Part shown: piece after piece, positions 53,231 through 64,000 of the stretch
Layout: each line of letters begins with the position of its first letter
Position numbering within the stretch: the first letter of the stretch is position 1
Origin: the human T2T-CHM13v2.0 reference genome, Homo sapiens
Direction: 5' to 3' (one strand)
DNA: 64,000 bases
Assembly (NCBI RefSeq): GCF_009914755.1
Contig: NC_060929.1
Program-made: the position numbers and the translations under genes
The notes under the pieces: generated by a model
The model's input: only the letters and a program-made list of their open reading frames with translations
The model's database searches: none
What the model was told of the DNA's origin: nothing

Positions 53231-54118
53231 ATAATTAGTGCATTTCATTGTTATCTTTCTTCACATATTTTATAGCCCCCACCGTTTTTTTTTCAAAATT
53301 AACATAAGAAGTTTATTGCCTTATGTATTCTTACTTTGTACTGTCTCACAGAAACCAGTACATTACCAACAAATTAAGAAAAAATAATAGACATTCCATT
53401 CCATTTTTCATTATTTTATTGAGCAATTAACACTGATATTCAATGAAGAAAGCCAAAATGCAATCTGGTTTGCATAAATATTTCAACAGAGTGGGACAGA
53501 AGAAAAGTCAGATCCCACATCATGAGTGTTCCCAGTTCATTGTGAAATACACCCACACAGATGAAGACATATTCTTCGTCTATGGTGTCCCCATGGACTT
53601 CCAGACATATGGACTAGCTAAAAACTTTTGGAAGCCAATCAAATCTCAAGTCTCAAAGCTGTACTCTACTTGCATTGGCTTTCTCTGTCTGCAAGGGTCT
53701 AGAGACCAAGGCACTCTACCTTTAGCCTTCACTCTTTCTCAGACTCCGCTGCTTTTCACTTCTCTCTCATCGTTCATTCAAGGAGACCCCCTTAGCCTTG
53801 CTATAACACTGATTCTCATTTCTCCATGTTGATATCAGGATTCCATCCTGTCTGAATTATCTTCCTATGTACTCCCTGTTTACTCAAATTCTAATGAATG
53901 TAACAGGTCGGGGGGGGGGGTACTTAAGAGTAGGGTATAAGTTTACTAATATCTGTGTTCTCTTATCTAGTGAAATAGTCTTCAATGCATGTGTTAAAAG
54001 GAACATGGGTCATATCAAAGCAGCATGCAGTCCTACATGTCATCTGTATTCTTCCTTAATAACCTCACTAACCTCCCTCCTTTCCAGGCCACCAGACACT
54101 ACCAATCTGATATATCTT

Positions 54119-54367
54119 TTTATTTTATTTTATTTTTTAATTTGTATCTATCTATCCATCTATCTAGCTATCTAGCTATCTAGCTAGCTAGCTATCGTCT
54201 ATCTATCTAGAGACCAGTTTATGGCGCTGGCTAATTTTTGTATTTTTCGTAAAAACAGGATTTTGCTATGTTGCCCAGGCTGATCTTGAATTCCCAGGCT
54301 CAAGAGATCCACTGGCCTCTGCCTCCCAAAGTGCTGGAATTACAGGCATGAGCCACCATACCTGGCC
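54119..54367 (-). mobile_element. AluJ-like SINE missing most of its right monomer, with (TATC/TAGC)n in the tail
   Basis: Left monomer and linker visible; TSD caat(c/t)tgatata(t/c)ctt at 54103-54118 and 54368-54383. Confidence 0.85.
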
Positions 54368-54544
54368 CAATTTGATATACCTTGACTAGTGATTGTGTTC
54401 GAGAAGCACTTATGAACTATATTCTATCATTCTTCTAATCATTTTACATGGGATTGTTTATATCCAAATAATATTGTGAATTTAGTGAAAGAGGTCATCT
54501 TTAACATTTATGAAATATAAGTATTAGTCTCTAGGCTCTAAAAG

Positions 54545-54760
54545 AGGGATTGGCAAACTATGGCCTATGGGCCCAATCTATCCCATCACCTGTTTTTGTT
54601 AATAAAGTTTTATCAGAACACAGCCATGCCCATTGTTTACATATGTTCTATGGCTGGATTTGTGCTACACTGGCAGAGTTGAGTTCAGACTATTTGACCT
54701 GCAAGGGCCAAAATATTTACTATCTTACCTTTTACAGAATAAAACTATACCAACCCCTGC
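54545..54760. mobile_element. MER58A hAT MITE
   Basis: agggattggcaaactatggcctatgggcc...aataaagttttatcagaacacagccatgccc...ccaacccctg. Confidence 0.88.
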
Positions 54761-54840
54761 TCTAGAAAATCATAGAGTAAAAGGCTCAACAAATATGTAT
54801 TACAGATAATTAAACATGCTAAGCATAGTGTTTTAGAAAT

Positions 54841-55451
54841 GAAAGAAAGAACAAAAGAAGAAGGAAGGAAAGGAAAGGAAGGAAAGGAAAGGAAAGGAAA
54901 GGAAGGAAAGGAAAGGAAAGGAAAGGGAAAGGAAAGGAAAGGAAAGGAAAGGAAAGGAAAGGAAAGGAAAGGAAAGGAAAGGAAAGGAAAGGAAAGGAGG
55001 GAAAGGAAGGGAAAGGAAGGGAAGGGAAAGGAAAGGAAAGGAAAGGAAAGGAAAGGAAAGGAAAGGAAAGGAAAGGAAAGGAAAGGAAGGAAAGGGAAGG
55101 GAAGGGAAGGGAAGCAAAGGAAAGGAAAGGAAAGGAGGGAAAGGAAGGGAAGGGAAGGGAAGGGAAAGGAAGGAAAGGAAAGGAAAGGAAAGGAAAGGAA
55201 AGGAAAGGAAAGGAAGGAAAGGGAAGGGAAGGGAAGGGAAGCAAAGGAAAGGAAAGGAAAGGAGGGAAAGGAAGGGAAGGGAAGGGAAGGGAAATGAAAG
55301 GAAATGAAAGGAAAGGAAAGGGAAGGAAAGGAAAGGAAAGGAAAGGAAAGGAAAGGAAAGGAAAGGGAAGGAAAGGAAAGGAAAGGAAAGGAAAGGAAAG
55401 GAAAGGAAAGGAAAGGAAGGGAAAGAAAGGAAGGAAAGGAAGGAAAGAAAG
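54841..55451. repeat. (AAAGG)n/(AAGGG)n polypurine pentanucleotide repeat, ~600 bp
   Basis: Directly visible; almost entirely A/G. Confidence 0.98.
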
Positions 55452-56577
55452 ACAATTTTAAAGTAAGAAGGAACCACCTCTGGGCATATCTACTCATACC
55501 TCTTCCCTAAGACTCCAGAAGAGTAGAGGGTCTTGCTGAAATTCACCCAGCTAGATATCAATGTGGATTAGCTTAGAAAGAGCCCCTAATCGTTCACCAG
55601 ATATCATATATCTGGTTTATCATATATCACATGGCATCAATAAGGAGGAGCACTTCCACAATATTGCATCCCATAGTTTTATATGGCATTTAATATCTTC
55701 CGGTGAAAATGATAAGGACATGCAGGAAATCATTACCCTCTTCACAAGTTGAGTATTTTCTACACTTTCACACAAAATCGTTTTGAAACTCCAGCTAACT
55801 ACTATACTTCCATTTCCTCTGAGGGAAAAAATAAAATAAAAAGCAAACCTTCTGGAATTCCTAGCACAGCCTATTAGTTAATATTATCTACAGTCCCATA
55901 AAGTCACTGGCCTCACCCCCAGGCTTGCTTTGGTATCAGCAGCCCCAAGTCAAACACCAAAGATGTTAAACTTTAAAAAAAGAAAAAGCACGTGTTAAAA
56001 AAAAAAAAAAAGAAACAAAAGCTGACATTTATGGTTTCAGGGTTTTTATTTCCAACAGAGGTGGATTTCTGCCACGGCCCAGCAACCCCCAGAGAGCTCA
56101 GCATGCCACACCTCCAAATCACCAGCCTCTGCAAAGACAGGTTCATAAGGCAATGAGGAAAATAAATGTCCTTCCATTGGCTTTGCCCTTTTTGGTGTAT
56201 TTTGGCCAATCTCTTCATGCTTTCATTTCAAGGTACTAACCTGCCAAGACCCATAAGCCAGGGGGTATAATAGTCACTCTTGTTTCCCAGCGTGGGACGA
56301 AGCCATCACATGGACAAACTAGAAAGCTGTATTTACAGCCCCACTGACTTCCTGGGAGAGAGTTGTGAATTCAATGTCACAGTCTCATTTCTAATCTTGT
56401 TTCCAATTTTTCTTGACATGTTTATATTCTCATTTCCTGATGTGTGCCAAACAGCTTCAGAGACCCTTCCCGCTCTGGGCCCAGTTTTCATGGTGTTTGT
56501 CATGGTGAACTTTAATTATTTGCTTGACCCCATTAATGTTTCTTCACTAGACCGTCTGCTCCCAGGCACGTGACAGC

Positions 56578-57800
56578 TGTTTGTTCATTCAAGCCTTCGG
56601 GCAGCAAACGTGTACCTACTCTGTGCCTGGTCCTGCTGTAGACACTACAGACGCTGCAGGAAAACAAGTAGAGAAGGCTGTTCCTCTCATTGAATGCTTA
56701 TCCGAATGAGGGAGGCAGAATCAATGAAATAAGGAGTGCCATGATGTAACTAAAACAGAGTAACTTTGTAGAGTGTGACTTAGAGCAACATGGTAGAGTC
56801 TGTGAGGAAGGCCAGTCTGTGCAGGTAACATTTAAGCTGAGACTGGAATGACAAGAAAAAGCCACATAGAGGTCTAGGCAAAGGGCATTCCAAGAGAGGG
56901 AGTTGTCTGGGGAAAGGCCCTAAGCTGATGATGATCCAGGGCAAATTAAGCAAGAGAAGCAGGACAGGAGTGTAACGAGAGACAGGAGAGGAGAGGTGTG
57001 AGGGAGGTAGGGCCACTGCATGCATTATCTTGCAAGTAGAGGTAAAAAGCTTTGGATTTTATTCTATGGGAAAGGTTGGCAAACTTGTTGCAAAGGTCTG
57101 GATAGTATTTTAGGCTTTGTGGGAATATAGTCTCTGTCATAACTACTCAACTCTGCCTTTGCCACCACAGACAAGAGTGGGTGTGGCTGGGTTCCACCAA
57201 GACAATATTCACAACAACAAGTGGGAGGCTGATTCAGCTTGCAGCTATAGTTTTGCCAACCCTTGTCTATGGCACTAGGAAGCCAAGGTATGTATATGGA
57301 ACAGTCAAGGGGGAGGCATGAGCTGCGTGGCATTTTTTAAAAACTCTTAGGACTGTAGCATGGGGAATGGTCTGCAGAGGATGGAGAATGCAGGAAATGG
57401 GATAGACCACAGTGGTCTAGAGAAGATGGAGGAAAGGAGGCAGATATGGGAAGCATTTTGAACTAATTGATTAGGGAAATAAGGAAACGTGAGAAACTGA
57501 GGATAACACCCGAGATTTTCACTAGAACAGCTCAATCTATGGGGTGATTTCTGAGACAGGAGAGATGGAGAAAAAGTAAATTTGGGGAACAATCCAATAG
57601 TTCTTTCCTGGATGTCTACGCGGAGGTCTTCACTAGAAATTGCAATGGAGAGGTGAGTAAGGTGGGAACAGAGAAGTCCTGGAGCTCAGAGGGGCTGGGC
57701 AGAAGATAAAGGTTTGGTAGCCCTCAACATAAAGATGTCATTTAATACGGTGCTAGAGGTGACATCGAGGTGAGGAACGACAGAAGGAGAAGAAAATGGC
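56578..57800 (-). mobile_element. L2 fragment interrupted by MER58A
   Basis: ttgttcattcaa...tacctactctgtgcctgg...aagggcattccaagagagggag...; purine-rich antisense L2 texture. Confidence 0.75.
57071..57265. mobile_element. MER58A hAT MITE
   Basis: aaggttggcaaact...tttgccaacccttg TIRs; 8-bp TSD tctatgg(g/c) at 57063-57070 and 57266-57273. Confidence 0.88.
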
Positions 57801-60569
57801 CACTCATTACTGAGAGTTGGAAGAAAGATGTGTGGAGTGTTCTGCATTAGAACAAATGAATGCATGCAGAAATGAATGAATAAAGCCCACATCCCTGCAT
57901 TAGGAGGGTCATCTTATTCCTCTCTATCTACAACCTCTATAGTTCACTGTAGAATTTCAGAGCAATGGCTATGACGATTTTGATCTTAGAATCAATTTGA
58001 TTATTTAACGCCATCCCTGATACATAACCCATTTATCTTCATACAGGCTTTTAAGGACTTCCCAATTGGATTCTGTTTCTACTGGCATCCATATAAATTG
58101 GAACCTGCTCCTTCCCTTCAATTCTTTCCCCAGAAGTGAGAGCTGATAGCCCCAGGTAAGTCCCCAGCCCCCACTGAAGACGCATTTCTTCTCTGAGGGT
58201 TACCTTGAGAGACAGAGGCTCTGTTGGTTATGATTAGATGGTTTACTAACATAATTGTGAACATAATTTGTTCTGATCTGCTTCTGCCTTCCAGTCAACC
58301 CACGTTCCGTATATTAGAAGAAGAAAGGGTTGGTGTGTGTGCATGTGCGTGCACACACACAAGTGAAGAGTGTTTAGTTCTGCCTGTCTGTGCCTCAGGG
58401 AATGGAATGTAACAGATGTTACAGTAACACACATTTTTTGCTTTAAGAAAAGGATGAAGGAGGTGGAGTGGGCCAACTTGTAGACACTTTGGATTCCAAA
58501 TCAAACCAGAAAAAAAAGAAAAGGCTGCACACAGTTAGAAGAAAGTGCAAGCGGAAAAGAACCCCCACCAAGTTCAAAGGGACTTGTGTTTAATCAGACA
58601 AAAACAATTTTTATAGCCTCGGGAGCCCGTGTGGTGTGTGAGGAAGTTGTGCAGCAGGATGGCATTAGGCACTCAAGCCAGCATGCTTTTGTGTTATTTT
58701 CTTCTTTCTTTGTTTGCAACCGGGGTTCAAAGAAATTCACTGTGCAAAACAGATACTGAAGTAGATCATACCCACGAATTAACATTGTCATGACAAGCAG
58801 CTCTGTGTTATGAGCAAAATTACAAGTGACCCATCAAATAAAGCAGTTATTGTCTAAGTAAGAGCTCCTTTCTTCCAGGATTCCACCGTGTTGCTAGCTT
58901 TGTCTCTTCCACTGAAACGCTCATGCACCTGATATGAACTCCAAGCAGCCTCCTGAACATATTCAGTGAGCCTGACTTCAAGAGAAAGCCCCGAACGATG
59001 AGGAATTACCAGCCTGCAAGACATAGAGAACCCATTCCTTCTGAAAAATCATTTTCCTTCCTGAGCCCATTCACACAGGGCTTTGACTGTTTCCTACCTG
59101 AAGGTCACATGCATGGCCAAATCTCCATCTCATTAATTACAACTCTTGGCAAGCCATTAAAAATCTCATTTCATTTTACCATCCAACCTCCTTTTAACTG
59201 ACTTTTCATAATTATAATTCTATTTTTGATATACTGGACCTATTAAATTTAATGCCATACAGAGATTTTAGAACTCCTTAAAAAAAGACTCAAATTGGAC
59301 TGTGTCCACCAAAGGATGTGTAGTCCTTGCTTAGGAATATGAAAGGGGAAAACTGCAGTGCATTCTATTTTCATCCACAGAGGAAGAAAAGTCAAGCTAA
59401 TTGCATATGGTCAGTATAATAATGCTGTCATTCTAGAAGGGCTATAATTAGCGAGAATTGTTTTCACAAACAACCGACCAAGCCCATGACTCCAGCTTGC
59501 ATTAGTTCTTTTTTCCCCACCAGTTATAAACATTTCTATTTTTGCTCCTCCCCAAACATAAACATTACTCCATTAAAAATACCCAGGGAGAGGAGATCCT
59601 GACAGTATAACTGCAAACTCTGGGAATAGACATAAGCCTTTTTGCAAATGTTGAGTCTGTTAAAAGGATTAGAGTGCCAAGAGAGGGTTGGAGGAACTAT
59701 TATCCAACAAGCTAAACTTTACCTGGTAACATCAAGGCGGGAAGTCCCAGGTGAGGCACCTCTCCTGGACAGAGAGGAGTGAGCACTCCAAAGCCCCATG
59801 TGAAGATGAGGGGCCATTGGGATCTTTCACATCTGAAGATATATAAGGCAAAACTTACTTAGCTCCACGTCATGTCGTACAGTATGGATGAATAACTATG
59901 GACAAAATTCTCTCTCACTTTAAACTACAGTTATTTAACAAACATTATTTGGACAGGAATTATGATCAGTGCATTTTCCAGTGCTGAAATTCAACTAAGA
60001 AACAGGGATTGTTGAATTTTGTCACACTAGACTGAGACAGTGGATCATCTGGAGTATCTAGCACTGATTCTCTCCCCAACATATGTTCAGAGTCCTGTTG
60101 CTCCAGCTTCTATAACACACTTTCTTCTGTCCCCACTGCTTTTTGTTTGGACCCTCCATACCTCTCATTCCATCACTGGTTGTCCACCTATGCCAAGTCT
60201 GTTCCTTGGTGCCTGGGCGCTCCAGTCAGCATCTCTAACATGAAACCTCAATAAAACCAAAGCCACTAAGAACCACACTGGCTCCATTTTACCTTCAAAC
60301 CCATTTTCAGTGCTGTCCCTTGTGCAATTTTGGTTCTAACTGTAGTGAGTGCTTTTGGTCCAGGGACCACCCAGAGCTCCCTTGACTTCCCTTTCCTTAC
60401 CTGGTGGTCTGACGCCTGTCGTTCTGACTCCAGCTGGGATGACAGCTGCCACAGAACCTCTCTGTGCATCTCCTTCAACAAGAGGAAGGGTCTTCCCTGT
60501 GCACACAGTGTCCAGACCTTGCCTCTCAGGTCCTATGCTGCAGCGTTCAATTTGTCTATTGACACATCC

Positions 60570-60740
60570 ATCTTTCCACTAAATGGCAGGTGCGCTGCTA
60601 TGTCCTACACTCCCAGTGCCTAATGCAAAGGCTGCCCTGATGCAGGCACTTGATAAAGATGTGATTCAATGAATGAATGGATGTGGGTTCAAAGAGTGGC
60701 TGAATGAATAAATGTCAAACACATTGATGAATGAATGAAC
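60570..60740 (+). mobile_element. L2 3' end
   Basis: tcccagtgcctaatgca...caggcacttgataaagatgtg...tgaatgaatg. Confidence 0.6.
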
Positions 60741-61214
60741 ATAAGTCATTCAGTGCACCCTCTATGTTGAAAGAAACGAAGCTGGAAAATAAGACAAAGC
60801 TTGGGATGCTAGGAGAGAGTTCTTTGAACTACATTTGGAGCATACCTGTCCTCTATGCTATGACAAATATGCCTGGAATCTAGAAAAGGAGGCTCTAGGT
60901 TGAGGCATTGAGGTACATGATGAGATAATTTTCTCTCAAAATTTTTTGATTCAAGGAGCAAAGCACTGGTTCAGACCCTCTTGCAAAGACAGTAGGATGT
61001 GGGGCTATGGAAAAACTCAAAGTGAAAAAGGTGAGCACATACATGTTAATTAGGGCTCAGTCCATTTCCTCTCCTAGACAGGCCCCCAGATCCTCAGCAG
61101 CAGCACCCAAACCAGACACATACACACTCACGGACACACACACAAAGCAGGAATACCACAGTAGCAGCTCCTCCCCCCACCAGCTAGAGGCTGCAGAATA
61201 TGAGAACCTGGCCT

Positions 61215-61405
61215 TTGCAGTGTAACAGGCCAGGAATCTAGCCTCTGCTCTGTTCCATAAGCACCATGGGTTCATGGACTAGTTAATTAAATTCCTTAGT
61301 TTTTTTCCTCAGCTACATAAAAGGGGAAAAATAGTCACTTTATACAATTTTATAAAGACTGAATGGCATACTGTATGTAAGGCACTCAGTAAGCATTTGT
61401 TGTTG
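61215..61405 (+). mobile_element. MIR SINE
   Basis: aatctagcctctgctctg...ccttagttttttcctcagctac...ggcactcagtaagcattt. Confidence 0.55.
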
Positions 61406-63026
61406 GATTGCTATTGTGAGGCATTGTTGAACTTGACATTGCTATGCTCAGCTTGGCTTGGTGTTTATCCAGTAGATTCCCTTTATAACATAATGGCCAG
61501 AATAAAGGAATGGCCAGAGAAGGAATTTCCTAGCATAACCAGACTGAAGCTGAGTTGATGATAGGTTAGACATCTATGGAATCTGAAATGAGTCAGTCCT
61601 TCCTTTCCTGAAGGTCATGATGTAACTTTTGCACCTATAATAACTATTCCCCTACAGCTGATTTTGCTGGTTTTTAAGTCAAAATTTAACCAATTCCAAT
61701 TAATTCCGTCTTTATATTTGCCACCACTCCATGTTGGCTTGTTAGGCAATTAAGTATTCAAATTAGAGTAACTCTCAAATATTTCCTTGCAGAGGAAAAA
61801 CAAAGAAACAAAAAACTATGAAAAAAATTACCCTTTAAAGGCAAAATGTCCATCCAGTTTTGAAGATTAAGAACCACTGGGGCAGAAGAGGGAGAATGAC
61901 CTAGAATTCAGAACTGCAATGATAAAATTATTCCTTTGACAACACTAGGTGGCTGATTCTCCTAAGGTTGTCTAATAGATTTAAAAATTTTTGCTATCCT
62001 TGTTTTATGGAAATATAATGAGAAATATAGACATGGTTTTGTTTAGTTTTTAAATTCAAGATAAACAAGAATTTCAACTGTGACATTATCTCTCAGCAAT
62101 AGCCTTTGAATCTCTTGTGTTGTTCAATGAACTACTCACTAGATGAACCACTGGCCTTTGCAGGTATTAACCTCTGCAGTAGGTCATCCTACTTCATCTG
62201 TACTGTTAGTAAATTAATCAAAAGCTAGCATCAGGTATGCACACACCTGCAGAGATAATGTGTACAGTGTTCTCCAGAGGGATGGGATTTGATTCTGTAG
62301 GTGACACTGATGGAATACAGCAGTCAGGGTCTTAAGAAATTGGATAGATTAAATATATCACAAAAGAGACATTTTAATAGTCTAAAAATCAGTAAAGGTG
62401 TTTTTCAAAATACATATAATTGAGAAAATATACACTACCCTAAAGAGAGAGTAGATTATGAGATAGAGATGCAGGAAAGAACTATCTCAATTGTGTCCCC
62501 CAAAGCAAATAAATTTTTATTAAGTCCAGTACCTTGCTTTTTAAAACAACACGATAGCTTACAAAAGAAATGAAGCTTTAGTACACACTCTTGGAAATAC
62601 CTTTTCAGATGATGGTGAAAATAATAAAACTGCAATGAAAATAATGACACCCATAATAGGACACACTGGGTGCATACAATATTCTCGGCACTAGGCTGAG
62701 CAACACAGTGGGTATTTTACATACACATTCCTGAATCCTTGAAAAATCCATGAAGCCATGTATTAGTACTTACATTATTCATGCAAGAAAACTAGAACTC
62801 TAAGGAAAAGCAAGAAACACAAACGATTCTTTTCATTTTATAATTTTCTTTATCAGTCTGTGATTTATCTTTTGAATGCCTGATTTTCTATCTTCTTCAT
62901 CCTAGGGGAGAGAGTATTAAGTTCTTTAACAGCAAAGGATTAAAAACGTAGTCATTCTCTCCACCAAGATCTATAAAGTATTTTTTAGGGGCATAACAAT
63001 AAATAAGACAGAAATCTTGCCCTTTA

Positions 63027-63395
<369 letters not shown>

Positions 63396-63710
63396 TTAAA
63401 AATAAGACAAAGACATGGTTCTGTTATACAGAAAGGAGGGAAAGTGATGAAAATTATACCAGCATTACCGCCATTTTTTCTGTGAGGTAGGACTGAGTCA
63501 CATATATTTTTATATGTTGTGAGTTCTAGATAAATACTTAATAAATGTCTTACTCTGGGTTTAAATGTGAGTTAATCTGTTCCTCCCTATGCATCACCTT
63601 CTAAGAGATTTCCTCAGCATTTTCATCCACCTCATAATGCTCTTTCTCACTACGTCTATACTCTGTCTCATCCACATCATGATCTTTTGCTCTGACCATA
63701 TTGATGCTAC

Positions 63711-63733
63711 TAGGTTGGTGCAAAAGTAATTGC
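63711..63733 (+). mobile_element. Solo Hsmar1/MADE1 terminal inverted repeat fragment
   Basis: taggttggtgcaaaagtaattgc matches the MADE1/Hsmar1 TIR. Confidence 0.8.
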
Positions 63734-64000
63734 TCTTTACCTATGTATCTCTTTAAACACTTTCAAGTCTGTTGGGAGTTGGTCTATTTTGCGGATCTAG
63801 GGTCCAAATTCTGTCACTGATTGTTCTGCTGATGCGCTTAGTTCCATTCATTGTTTCATTAGTGGGTACCCTTTGACTTGAGTTCACCATCACCAAGAAG
63901 CTGTGTTTACAAGAGCCCCAAATCCAGAACTGAGAACACTGCCATGGGCATGAACACTAGAGGGCGCTCTCAAACTCGAAGATTTGGTGTTAAGGCCCCT

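Noticed and set aside
54745-55510. Long ORFs (FPFLS-rich 250 aa; KGKER-rich 152 aa)
   Set aside because: Artefacts of the stop-free AAAGG/CCTTT repeat.

Overview
Primate, most likely human, genomic DNA lying entirely inside SEMA5A (semaphorin 5A), which is transcribed on the minus strand. The ORF track misses both real coding exons. They are 39528-39627 (100 nt, IGPWLREFRAKNAVDFSQLTFDPGQKELVVGAR) and 20186-20231 (46 nt, NYLFRLQLEDLSLIQ); both have GT-AG sites and splice in frame across a 19.3-kb intron. The rest is intronic and rich in Alu, L1, L2, MIR, LTR and MER DNA-transposon fossils plus microsatellites. None of the ORF-track ORFs is a credible gene. I found no new protein-coding system. 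The most unusual structures are: (1) a ~500-bp inverted repeat with inward-facing poly(A) tracts that matches no repeat family I recognise; (2) a head-to-head Alu pair with a 24-nt loop; (3) a 45-bp x16 VNTR whose sense strand repeats RBFOX, 5' splice-site and branch-point motifs, near a candidate 19-nt poison microexon; (4) a ~600-bp AAAGG/AAGGG purine tract; (5) a perfect 13-bp tetraloop hairpin. Repeat subfamily names come from recalled consensus sequences and their boundaries are approximate.
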